Shown: positions 1 through 13,668 of the stretch, one piece after another
Numbering within the stretch: the stretch's first letter is position 1
How the letters are laid out: each line of letters begins with the position of its first letter
Assembly (NCBI RefSeq): GCF_006345805.1
Contig: NC_043018.1
Span: 13,268,001-13,332,000 of the forward strand
DNA: 64,000 nucleotides
DNA from: Octopus sinensis
Taxonomy: Eukaryota
Direction of reading: 5' to 3'
Made by a program: the position numbers and the translations under genes
Notes under the pieces: model-generated
What the model was told of the DNA's origin: nothing
The model's database searches: none
What the model saw: only the letters and a program-made list of their open reading frames with translations

Positions 1-660
1 GCTTATTCATTCACATTGGTTTCAATCACTCTTGTATTGTCTTGAACTGTTCAGATTTCAGTGATGTAACTATTTATGTTTTGGGTGGGTGTGACAGGCC
101 AGACCCACTCAGGTTGAACCTAATATTTGGGCCAGATATTGGCTGGTTTGAATCCTAATGGGCTAAAGCTGAGATACAGTTTATAAGAATTAATTACATA
201 TGTGGCATAATAAATGGATCTTGGTCAGAGTTTCCAAAACATGAGTTTTTAGGTGTTTGATCAACTGAAGTATCTTCTCGGTGAATTAGAATGAAAGTGG
301 CTGAGTACTTTCACTGATAGTGTTGTCGTCATCATCATCATTGTCATCATTTTAATGTCTGCTAACTGTAAAAGAAGAAGAAGAAAATCTAAAGACACAA
401 ATATTCTAACAAGTTTCCTTGGGAAAATGGATATGAAACAACAAAGGAAACTTTTAAAAATTATATTTGAATATCATCATCATCATCATCACCATTTGAC
501 ATCTGTTTTCCATGCTGGCATGGGTTGGATGGTTTGACAGGAACTGACAAGCACAGGGGCTGCACCTGATTCCATTTGTTTGTTTTGTTTTGGTTTCTAT
601 AGCTGGCTGCCCTTCCTAATGCCAAATAATTCTTTTTTTGTTTTTTTTTTGTATTTGCAG

Positions 661-864
661 TATATGAAGGAGATGAAAATCCTGTCCATTTTGCCACACG
701 CACAGAAGAACAGAGGGATCAGTGGATTCAGACATTACACATCGCTAGTTACGAGTGTCTCAAAATGCAGCTGCAAAGTTTACGGGAACAGTTGGTTAGC
801 AAAACAGGTCACGATCCACTTGATAGAATGCCTCAACAAGATACGTGCTCCACCAACCCTCCAG
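661..864 (+). CDS. INPP4: INPP4 exon 1 in window (C-terminal part of PH-like domain)
   Basis: ttgcag|...|gtaatc, phase 1-1; [53 protein letters not shown]. Confidence 0.85.
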
Positions 865-1831
865 GTAATCAATATTTTGTGTTCAAGTTTAGTTCTGGCC
901 AGTGTTATTCTGTTGCTGCAGTTTCATTCTGGTTGCGAGTCAGGTTTGTTGCTGAGTAGTTTATTGCTGTTGCTTCAATCTGTCAACTTGGCAATGTTTA
1001 TCATACAACTATAGCTAACCTTTATGTTGTTTCTGTTGAACAGTTTATGGGCCTCGTGGCTAGTGGGGTGGGTGGATGGTAGAAATGTTTTATGAATAAT
1101 GCTCTGAAAGTTTTCTGTTTACTTACATAGTATATGTCACTATTATTAACATCCTTTCTGTGACCTCTTTTCCATGCTGATACAGGTAGGACATGACTGT
1201 TTTAACACAGCATCTTGCCATGTGTTGGAATCCACAAAAGAGAGGCCTAGCATCCGTAGATCAGACCTCATCACTTTCATTTGTAGGTTCCACTCTCAGC
1301 ACTGTATCACTTTTTAACCATCTACTGTTCTTCAAACTGCACCTGTCTAACACCCATGGACATGTTTACAAAGTAAGAAAACAGCACAGCTCCCATGACT
1401 TCAGGAAACATTTTTTCCAGCTAAGAGTTGCTGAAGCATGGAACAAACGGCCAGCATCAGTTGTTAGTTGTAGGACCACTGCATCCTTCAAAACTTCCAT
1501 GCTTCCTGAGATTCGCCAACACTACACCTGATTTTCTCCCCTACATACACACGCAAACATGTATCTGACTCATACACTGTTCACTTCCCAGACATTTGTA
1601 CATTACTGCATATGCTTTATATGCACTTTTGACAAGTTGTGGTGCACCTGAGCACTGTATACAATAATTTCATTATTATTATTTTTATTATTTCGTATGC
1701 ATTTCTTTGAGGGTCATAAAAACCCTACCAAATCTAACATTTGTGCTTGGCGCAGTCCTGTGGCTTGTTGAATTCTATCAAACTGCTCAACCCGTACCAG
1801 CATGGAAAACAGGCCTTAAATGATTACGATG

Positions 1832-1866
<35 letters not shown>

Positions 1867-4800
1867 ATATATATATATGAATTAAGCACATATATATACT
1901 TGCCTGCTACACACACATATAAATATATGTATACATAAATATATGCTTATAAACATAGTTCAAATTTACAGAAAACAAAAGACGGAGACAGTTGAAGGAA
2001 GAACAAGCAGGTTTATTAGTTTAATGCTTGGGAAGAATGGGAGAGTCTTTGGCATTTTGAGCCTCTTTGACAGAAAGGGTTGAGAGGGAAAGCAAAGGTT
2101 CAGGTATTAACACGCATACATGTATATTCATGCACAAATGCAAAAAAGATATTTATACACGCATACACAAATATATGTAATTACATATACACACACACAC
2201 ACACACACATGCTCATATTATATATAGATATGTTTTGTTTATTTTTATAGATCTTTCTGGTGAAGAACCATGTGTTGAGATATGCATCGGTAAGTCTTTG
2301 ACCTTTCTATGTTGCTGGCTGCCATGCATATATGCGTGTGTAGTATTATGTTATATGTGTGTGTGTGTGTGTGTGTGTGTAGATCCAATTTAGGGTTTGC
2401 TTTTGCACTTCAAATTGCTTTCATTTATGTTTAATTAGATTATTGATATAAAATAAAATAGTGGCAGTTTCAGGAAAAAGCACTTGGTACACACAGTAAA
2501 TACTATGATAATAATAAAAGAATTATCTGCAATAAGTTGTATGCCCTTTTCACTCTTTGAAAAAAAAAAAAAAATTTCTCCACAGAAGATAAAAAAATGA
2601 ATATGTTTAGAAACGATTATCTCTCCCTGAGCAGCAACTCTCTTTCGTTCTACAGCTTCCTGTAAGACGGCCACAGTAAATTTTGTCTCCCCTGTATTTT
2701 ATGTCTAACTCTTTTGTCTCCATCCCAAGCTATTCTACTCCAGTGGAAGTGACCTGGCCGAGTATCTGACTTATTGGATTGTCCAACTACCAACCTTCTC
2801 GCTCATACTTCAAATTCAAATCCACTTATAGTTTTAGGGTGTGTTTCTGAGGCAGAACACTTCATTCAGCAAGGCTTCTGATCAGCTAGCTGTCAGGGAT
2901 TATATATATATACCAGATTATCTGGAAAAGTTATCTGCGATAGACTGATCAGAGATACACTTATGGAGAGACGTATCTCTCATTTCGATAAGCCAGAAAA
3001 CCAGAGGAAACATTGAATTTCTTAGCTGGTCCTTAGGGGACCAGGGGAGATATTTACAGCATCTTCATGAGCATCATTGTTTTTACATCTGCCTTTTTTT
3101 TTTCTGGTTTCCTGGGTTGGATGAGACTTATTGAGACAGTATTCAGGGTGGATTTTTTTTCTGTTGCCAACCCTTCCTTTATCTGTTTTCTGTCTCAGTC
3201 ATTAGACTGTGGCCATGCTGGGTCATTGTCTTGAAGAACTTTTAGTTGAATGAATCAATCATAGTATTTACTTTTGTTTTTAAGCCTGGTGCATATTCTA
3301 TTGGTCTCCTTTTACCAAATTGCTAACTTACGGGGGACATAAACAAACAAACACTAGTTGCCAAGCAACTTTCATTTTCATGGGCTTCTTTCATTTTCCA
3401 TCTACCTAATCCACTCACAAAGCTCTGGTTGGCCCTGAGGCTATAGCAGAAGACACTTGCCAAAGGTGGAATACAGTGGGACTGAACCTGGAACCATGTG
3501 GTTGGTAAGCAAGCTTCTCACCCCACAGCCATGCCTCTGCATCTTATCTGTTTTCCATGGAAGATATTTCTTGTTCCACTGGTTTTTAAATGTGAAAACT
3601 AACGAAACCACCAAACTACAGGACGAATTGTAAACACAGCAGGCTTCAGTACAGTTTTTGCCTACCAATTTCGTTGATGAGTCATTGGCCTACTTGAGTC
3701 TTATCCAAGATGCCATACAGTAGAATGGAACCTGAAACCATGGGATTACAAAATGAACTTCATAACAACCATTGCTGCTCCTTATTATGTTTTAAAAATC
3801 TAATGCAGTGATTCTCAACTATTTTTTACCTATGGACCCCTTTGATTCCTATTTTACTTGAGTGGACCCTCATAGCCATTCGATGTTTAGCCCTTTAAAC
3901 CCTCTAACATTTAGACTGGCCATGTCTGGCCAAATAGTTTTACCTGTTTTATGCTCAAACTGGTCAGCTCTGGCCTCTCACACCTGCCATACAATATCGT
4001 TCTAAAAGTTGACAGTTACCTCATCAAAATATCACAGATGGAAGATAATGATTGACTAATTCAAAGCTATGTGAATAAATAAGCATCACATTCAACACAG
4101 TGTCAATGGTAAATGGTTAAACAATCCGATTATATTTTTATAATTATTATTAGGAATTGTGGGAAAAAATTTTTTTTTAATATTTTGTGCCCTGTAAGAG
4201 TATATTTAACCAATTTATTGCCCACAAATTTTCACAACAAACTTTTAAATGGACCCCAAAGGTCCTCATGGAATCTGGTTGAGAACCACTGATCTAAATT
4301 TACTCATTAAGACGTAGAGATACTGAAATTAGTAGTTGAATTAGCAAAAGTTCAATACCTAAAGTTTTGTGGTTGATCATTGATTGATATTGCCATCATC
4401 ATCATTTTACACCTGTTTTTCCATGTTTTCCATGGATGGAAAAGTCCATCTCAGCACAGCAGTATCTTGCTACTTGTTACTGTTCCTTCTCATCTTCACA
4501 ATATCCAGCATCCCAAGCTCAGCATTTACTGTTTCTTTCTAAACCTCCCTCAGCATTCCTTTCCAATTGGATTTCTTAGCACTTCATCATTTTATTCTCA
4601 TCCTTCACATACATCACATATCTTTAGCATCACTGTCAGCCTCTCTTGCACCCTATGGCCAAATGCTCATTCATGCATGCAATTCTTTCCAGTCATTGCA
4701 CATCTTCTGCATCATGTTTTACTATCATGCAACATTGCATTTCTTACACATGCACTCTACTGTCTATCCTTAACTCAGACAAAATAGTTCCCTGAACTGG

Positions 4801-7800
4801 TTCCACCCCATTCCTATACCCTGGTTACTACACTTTCACAGCACTAGCTGTCGACTATTTCTAGTAAGCTTCCTGGGTAATAAAAGGTAATCTCATCCTT
4901 TTTGTCTATTGTGGATGTTATTGTGCAGTGTGTTGTTGTTGTGTAGCTCAGGTCAAGCTTAATTGAACAGATCTCAGACCTATGACCAAAAACATGTTAG
5001 CTGTGACCATCCTGTCTTATTTGACCTCTGTTGGATTGCATTACCTAATGTGTCCTTTCATTATTAAACTGTTTCCATACCAACCTAACTAGGATTGTCC
5101 CCATTTCTATGGTAAAAACCTTCCAACATAATTTTATTTAAGTACCTTTTGTTTATTTTCAAATTATACTTCATGGGCAGCACTTTGTGGAGAGGGGATG
5201 AGTTGATTACTTCAACCCCCAGTACACAGCTGGTAATTAACTTATTGACCATGAAAAGATGAAAGGCAAAGTTGATCCTGGTGAAATTTGAACTCAGAAC
5301 GTAGCAGCAGACAAAATACCTATTTCTTTATTACCCACAAGGGGCTAAACACAGAGGGGACAAACAAGGACAGACATAGGTATTAAGTCGATTACATCGA
5401 CCCCAGTGCGTAACTGGTACTTAATTTATTGACCCTGAAAGGATGAAAGGCAAAGTCGACCTCGGCGGAATTTGAACTCAGAACGTAACGGCAGACGAAA
5501 TACCGCTCAGCATTTCGTCCGGCGCGCTAACGTTTCTGCCAGCTCGCAGCAGACAAAATACCGCTAAGCATTTCACCCGGCATGCTAATGATTCTGCCAG
5601 CTTGCCTCCCTACCCACCAAAGGAATAACGACAGTTGTTTTACCAAATTTCATAAAAAATTCTTGATTACTTTTGTAGCTAAAAGCCACATTAGAAATAT
5701 GGGCATAAAGTGCAATTTCAGTGATATTTAGCTGTTATTTCTCGCAAGTTAGGCAACTGTGTAGAGGCTTTCTCTTTTAGTGATAGGATGTTGTTTAGCC
5801 CCAGGTTATTCATGGTTGAGTAGACCTAAGCTCAAAAGCATTCCAGTTGAGACTATCAGGAACTGCAGTAATTTTGCACTCCTCCCCCACCATTTCATTT
5901 ATTCATTTCTGGGGAAAAAGTATACAAATGACATTTGAATGTCAAATTGTCTATGAAACGGGGAGAGGGCCATGAAATGGATTCTTGTAAAGTTCTTGAT
6001 TGTGGTGGAGGTGTTTAGTTGCTTTGGTCGGCCCTGATCCAGCAGACCTCCAACCAAAAGCATTCAGTCCACCCTGTAAGGTGGTTGCCAAAACAGACAG
6101 TGAATCCTGGTGCACTCTTCTATCTAGCCAGCCCCTGTCAATCCATCCAACCCATGCCAGCATGGAAAACAGACGTTAAATGATGATGACGGCAATGTCT
6201 TAGACACCACATATATTGTAAGGAGTATTTGCCTCAGTGAGCCATTGAGGGATTCCGCAAATTTTTACTTCCAAGAATTGACCCTTCTCACAAATCCTAG
6301 GCCTTTAACGGGTTTGTTCAGCCAACAAATTTTGAATTCATCTTATAGACCCCCACTTACTTTCTTTGTTGACCCGTTTCCCCAGATTTCTGAGACCCCA
6401 GGTTGAAAACTACTGTCCTTTGGAGATTAGAAATACCAGCCAAATTTCTCTTGAAATGAGATGATACTGGACATTGTAGTCGAAGACAACACAATACCTG
6501 AGAGGACAATTTGATCACAATTCAAGCACTTTTGATCATAGGCTGGCCCAGACAGGGTTGACCATGGGGGTACTTCTCTGTCAAAAGAAAAAAAAACCCC
6601 AGAATTATGCTTAGTATAAGGTGCACATCAAACATTAAGAGATCTGATGGTGATTGGAGGTCAAACCGATTGAAGTGGTTTGATCTCTGATGACAGTCAT
6701 AATTGAAATATTTTTATATCTAAGGGTGAAGATATCAGTCAGAAGGATAAGAATATTATTATTACCCTTTTCAAATTCGGCTGAGGTTGACTTTGCCTTT
6801 CATCCGTTTTGGGTCGATGCAATTGATTTATCCCCTCCAATATTATTATTATTACCCTTAGTTTAGAAATAGTGGTTCTTAGTTCAAAACAGTTTAGGAC
6901 AGTGTAGACATCCAGGAATATGGCACCTGATGATGACTATGGCCAGAGATCAAACCATTTGAAACACTGGGTAAATGTAAATCTTTAATCATACAGCTGA
7001 TAGATTGAGAAATCTTTATCTGAATGAAACTTGACTCTTATTACCATTTTTTTCCATAAATGCCAGCTTCCCGTCAGAGTTCTGGTAGTTTCAGTAATTC
7101 TTTCATTTCAATACTTTTACACAGACATCTTTTCTTTTTGCAGGTTAGAAAAATCTCACCAACTTTTTTAAAAAAAGATGATCAACTTTTGTATTCTCTG
7201 AGTAAAATCAGTTGGTTTTTTTTTACTTCTTTTTATAGGAATTTAGAAACAATTTTTTTTATTTAAAACATTTTTTTTTTCTGATAAATAGATCTAACCC
7301 CTTTGAGACAAATAAGGGATTTTTATTATATATTTTATACTTTTATATGGAATAATAAAAGAGAATATTTTTTTGTAAAATAGTGATTTGTGTATTTTTT
7401 TTCTCAAAAGAAAATTTGCAATATCTTTATTGCAGAGCAAAATTTCTGAAGACAAAGCTATCGTATAAAAATGGTTTTTGTTTTTTAAGTCTAGCCTCTC
7501 ATCCATTCTGGGCCATCTCTTGTTTTCTTAAAAGAGTCTCATAAAGCCATATCATAACCCTTTAAGGCTGGGTATAAATAGCAAGTCTTTTTGTGTGCGA
7601 CACCAAAAAAGTGGGCGGGGGAAAGGCATGATGATAATCAAATAACTTATTCTGCAAGTGTAGCTGATGTACCACACCCGTCTTCTTCACAATTCATCAG
7701 TGTGTCAATAAGCCCCACCCATCATCTGTGGAAGAAAGCATGTTGTGTCAATACGCCAGAACCGACCTTAATGGGTTAAAACAGCAATTTTAGCAGATTT

Positions 7801-10800
7801 TAAAATAATCACTCTGGTTTTAGTTTATGTTTTTAATTGCTGATGATTTTCTTGGTATTTAGTTGTGACCCATTAACGATCTGCATTCCTTTCCCCTTGC
7901 GGTAAGCTTTGTTTCCTTTGATAAAATAGGCCTCAAAATTTGAAGGAGGGAAATGGTTGTTTTTACTGATACCAGTACTTGACTGGTCCTTTTTTTTTTA
8001 TCACTCAGGGGCATGAAAAACAAAGTTGACCTTGGAGGGATTTGAACTAGAATGTAAACCACCACAGCTAAAAACTGCACAGCATTTTGTTTGACTCTCT
8101 AATGACTCTTCCACTCCTCTCCCGAGTTGTTGGAGTATCAGACAAATGCTGTATAGTATTTGTTCTGGCTCCTTTATATTCTGAGTTCAAACTCCATCAT
8201 GGTCAACTATAGATTATCATCATCTCATTATACTAGTCTTATTATTATTGCTCATGTTTTATGTTGGATGAGATGGTAAAACTTCATAGTATTTAGTTTC
8301 ATTCCTCTATGTGCTGGGTTCAATTCTTGCTAGGGTTAACTTGCCTTTCATTTCTTCAGGGCTGATAAAGTAAGGAGCAGTAACATACTGTTATAGCCCC
8401 CAATCTCTCTCTGCCCCTGCCTAGTTGTGTGTTTTTGATAGTAATATGCAATTTGAGGGATGATTGTCTATTATTTCTTGCATTCTGAGAGACTGTGAAG
8501 AACAGTACTTCCCAACTTCTTCACTGTCAAAGCTCTTTTTTTTTTATTTAGATGATATTTTTTTACATAGATTCTAGGTTTTTGAAAATTCTGTCTACTT
8601 AACTGGTTTTGAACTCAATTTCATGGACTTGCTCTACTTCCTTTGGGAACCTCAGGGCTCCGCAGATCCTAAAGCACTGACACAAAACCTTTCTTCATCA
8701 GCTTCTCTTTTGTCATTTTTGTTGATGTCTTTGCTCTCTGCCTGTGAAAAATGGTCCAGTCCACTTAGCCGTAAATAAGTGGTAAATAAGTGGCTTGTTG
8801 TAAAATGCATGATCAGCTTGTCCTGTTTTCTGTTCAGAAGAGGTATTGGGTCCCACTGTTGTTCTCTCTATTTCTAGATGTACAGTAGCTGTAACGATAG
8901 TCTCTCACCCACAGATATCAGGATGCGAAAATGATTTGATTGTGTGTGTGTCCCCATCTGTCCGTCCAGTGTAGTCCACACCCTGAATCCCACCATATGG
9001 CACCCTACAGATAAGAAAAATCCCTCTCTCTCTACTGCAACTTTCACCACTTGTTAAATACCAAGCAGTTGTCCGCTGACATCTATTCTACAACACTCTC
9101 CACATGTTCATACTGCCACACTCCAACCTTTGCATGTCCTGGCTGCTACATTATACATCTTTTACAACATGGCCATTCTACAATCCTCCACTTTCAGCAA
9201 CCTTCACCACATGTGCTACAACACTACAGCTCACTCGCACACTGTAGCGCATATGTACAAACACACACACATGCATACATATACACCCCCTGCCCACTAT
9301 AACTCCAGCAAGCAATGGTACCTCTACATGGTTGTTCACTTTACTAAAAATAGCAACCAAATATAGATGCAGGTGTGGTTGTGTGGTAAGAATACAAGTG
9401 CAGGCATGCTTCCCAGCCACATAGTACTGAGTTCAGTCCCACTGCGGGTTACCTTGGGCAAGTATCTTCTACTATAGCCTTAATCCAATCAAAGCTTTTG
9501 AGTGGATTTGGTAGACGGAAACTGAAAGAATCCCATTGTGTGTGTCTTTGTGTATGTGCTTGTTCCCACCACTGTTTGATAACTGGTGTTGGTGTGTTTA
9601 TGTCCCCATAACTTAGTGGTTCAGCAAAAGAGACTGATGAAATTAGTATAAGGCTTTAAAAAAAGATAAGTGTTGGGGGTTAATTCTTGCAACTAAATAT
9701 TCTTCAAGGTGGTTGCAGTCTAATGAAACAAGTAACTGAGAGAAGATAAGCATCTCTCAACACTCTGCCACCTTAAAACAAGAAGAAAAAAAAAAGAAGG
9801 GAAACCCACAAGATAATTTGGTCCTAGATAGCTTTAAAAAGGTGGGAGAGTCACTGTTGGAATACCTTTGATTACAATTCTTCTGCATTAGATTTGACCT
9901 CAGATTAACCATCAACATCATCAATAACTGTTACTACACCACAGTTCGCATATGTTCCCAGTTACCGTATTATAACTTGCGCCACACTCACTGAACAGTG
10001 CCATGGCACACAGTTGTGCCTGTGACTGTTTAGCATTTAAGTTTTCCTCCCTTTTTAAATAAAGGAGACAAAGACCCCTGGCAGGTGGTGGAGAGGAGAG
10101 GAGAAGCTAATGTTTGATATTGTTATTAGAGGAAATGTTAATTGTTGTGTAGGAAATAAAGAAATCAGTTTTATGTGATAGTTCTGTCACCTATGCAACT
10201 AAACCATTAATCTATGTCATGTGATATGCCACTTGTAATGAGCCTACTGACTAACCTTTAACCCATGCTATGTGATATGTCATTTACACTGACTAACCCC
10301 TAACCCATATCTGGACCCCATATTCTACTTTTTGTTCAAACTGTCTAAATCTGCTTTCTTACACCTGTCCTCCAAAGGTATTCTAAAGTTAAGCAATCAC
10401 AGCATTGAAATCTTGAGGCTGTAAGTTAATGATGATTAATTGAATAAGGATTATATTTGACAGAGCAATCTGACGGCTAAAGGGTTAATCTTTGCTATGA
10501 GATAACTGCTTGATGTGATAAGCTGTTAGCTAACAGTTAATCTTTCGATACCAAGTTGCTCTGGCCACTTCTTGTGGTATGACACAAAACTGTTCTCTTT
10601 TAACGTGTTCAGTGTTAGAAATGCTTCCATCATAATTCAATGTAAGCACCTTTTAACCCTTTAGCATTCAACCTGGCCTTATCCAGCCTAAATATTCTAC
10701 CTGTTTCATGTCCACTCTGGCTGGATCTGACCTCTCACACCTACCCTACAATGTCATTCTAGAAATAAACAATCACATCACCACAGTCTTAAAACTACAA

Positions 10801-10803
10801 GAT

Positions 10804-10834
<31 letters not shown>

Positions 10835-11408
10835 TAACGTCCGTTTTCCATGCTAGCATGGGTTCGACGGTTTGACCGGGGTCTGGGAAGCCAGGAGGCT
10901 GCGCCAGGCCCAGTCTGATCTGGCAGTGTTTCTACAGCTGGATGCCCTTCCTAACACCAACCACTCCATGAGTGTAGTGGGTGCGTTTTACGTGCCACTG
11001 GCACAGGTGCCAGGGGAGGCTGGCAGCGGCCACGATCGGTTGGTGCTTTTTACGTGCCACTGGCACAGAAGCCAGTCAAGGCGGTGCTGATTAATTTGAA
11101 TTGATAAGCATTACATTTGACAGAGTAATCTGAATGCTTTGGCGTTAAGTTACATGCCAAACACCTGAGAAAAAAGGTGCCATTTGTTAAATCTTCCTGA
11201 ATTGTTAATCATTTTCAGAAAATTGAAGTGCACAGACATTATAATATTTCATTAGAATTACAGTCAAGATGTGTCCTTTTCAGATGTTAGAATTCTAATA
11301 TGCATGTTTTATGCTAAACTATTAACTCATTAATTTTTATTGTATGTCATAACACTATACTGACCTCAGACCAATCAGGAGTCAGTGACTTTTTGTCATC
11401 TATCATCT

Positions 11409-11470
<62 letters not shown>

Positions 11471-13615
11471 TATTAAAATTGATTTAATTTTGTCATGTCT
11501 AATCAATGTAATTTTGTATTCTACCTAAGATCATTTGAAATTAATAATTATTTATTCTATAAATACTTATTCTAACAATTGCAGCGTGGAAGGTGTTTAG
11601 AAGCCATTTAAGAAACACACAAAAACTGTTAGATTCACTTCAACATTTGAATTTAATTTGCCAAAATATTTTTGTTGCTTTGAGACCGCGACCTGTTCAC
11701 TGACAAAATTCCATGCTGCAGCACAGAATTTTCTTAAATGTCTTATAAACACCTTCTATGCTGCTATTGTTTTCGTTCCAGCACGTGATCAGGTCACTTG
11801 CTATGCAAGTACATCTCCATAATTCTTATTCTAATTTATTCTGCAAACAATCTCTTTGCTATACACTTGTTTCAACATAAACACCACCACGTCCTGCACA
11901 CTGTACCACCACTGCCTCTGCTGCCACCACAACCTCCACCATCACAACTACCAAAACCATTATCTCTACCATGATCACCGTTACCTTCTCTACTCCTATG
12001 ACCATTATTCCTACCACCAAGATCAACACTACTGTCACCGCAATCTCTCTCCAGGGTGGTGGTGAGCTGGCAGAATTGTTACCTTGGAGCGAAATGCTTA
12101 GTGGCATTTCACATGTCCTTATATTCCGAGTTCAAATTCTGCTGAGGTCGACTTTGCCTTTCATCCTTTCAGGGTTGATAAAATAAGTACCAGTTGAGCA
12201 CTGAGGTCAGTATAATTGATTTACCCCTTGGTCCACACTTGCTGACCCTTTTCCAATATTTGAAACCAATGTTACTTCCTTAGGCTCAAGGCATAAAAAA
12301 AAGAAAAAAAGAAAAAAAACAGTGGTTAAGACAACTATTGACAAAATTGTGTTGATGACCGGATATAAAGTAGTTTGATGATGTGGACTGTATAGACACA
12401 GTATGTAAAAGGGCCCTGTGCTGGTGACTGGTAAAAAGTACCTGGTACATTCTGTTGAGTGGTTGGCATCAGGAAGGGCATCCAGCTGTAGAAACCAAGC
12501 TAAAACTGACCGGAGCCTAGTGCAGCTTTCTGGCTTACCAGTTCCAGTCAAAACGTCCAAGCTGAGCCAGCATGGAAAACAGATGTTGGAGGAGGATGAG
12601 GAGGATGACGATGATGTTGACTGAATGTAAAGGTGACGTTACTTGTTCCAGGACTGTGTTTCAAGCAGTGGGAAATGCATCCAGACCAATCCATTGCTTC
12701 AAATGGAGGAGAATTCTTTGAAGGCAATAAAAGTGTAAACATGTAAAACTAAGTGAATAAAATCTATATGCACATACATATACACATGCATACATACATT
12801 CATATATGTGTGTGTCCTTGCTTTCTCTGCCCCTGCTTGACAACAGGTGTTGGTTTGTTTACATCCTTGTAACTTACCAGTTTGGCAAAAAAAAAAATTG
12901 ATAGAATAAATACCAAACTTAAAATAAATACTGGATTGTACCTGCGTCTGATCGTTACCTGCGTCACCTTACTGACACTTGTGCTGGTGGCACATGAAAA
13001 AACATTCAAGCGAGGTCATTGCCAGTGCCACCGGACTGGCTCCTGTGCAGGTGGCACATAAAAAGCACCATTTGAGCATGGCCATTGCCAATACCACCTG
13101 ACTGGCCCTCGTGCCAGTGGCATGTAAAAGCACCCACTACACTCTTGGAGTGGTTGGCGTTAGGAAGGGCATCCAGCTGTAGAAACTCTGCCAGATCAGA
13201 CTGGAGTCTGGTGCAACCATCTGGTTTGCCAGACCTCAGTCAAATCGTCCAACCCATGCCAGCATGGAAAGCGGATGTTAGACAATGATGATTATGATGA
13301 TGATGATGATTGGTTTGACTGAACCCTTGAAGGTGGTTTCCCCAGCATGGCTGCAGTCTGATGATTGAAACAAGTAAAAGATAAATGATAAATTATCTTT
13401 TATCTTCCACTTGTTTCAGTCATTAGGCTGTGGCCATGCTGGGGCACTGCCTTGGAGAATTTTTCTAGTTGAATGAATCGATCCAAGTACTTTTTAAACC
13501 TGGTGCTTATTCTATTGATCCCTTTTGCTGAACTGCTAAGTTATGGAAATGCAAAAAGACCAGCCCCAGTTGTCAAGCAGTGGTGGGGGACAAACACAGA
13601 TACAAAGACACACAG

Positions 13616-13668
<53 letters not shown>

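Noticed and set aside
6921-6980. CTGATGA ... GAAAC, a second possible hammerhead
   Set aside because: Stems I and III cannot be formed convincingly around an NUH triplet.
11856-12186. Thr/His-rich, mucin-like ORFs
   Set aside because: Degenerate CAC/CAT trinucleotide tract running into a SINE; no splice signals compatible with the gene.
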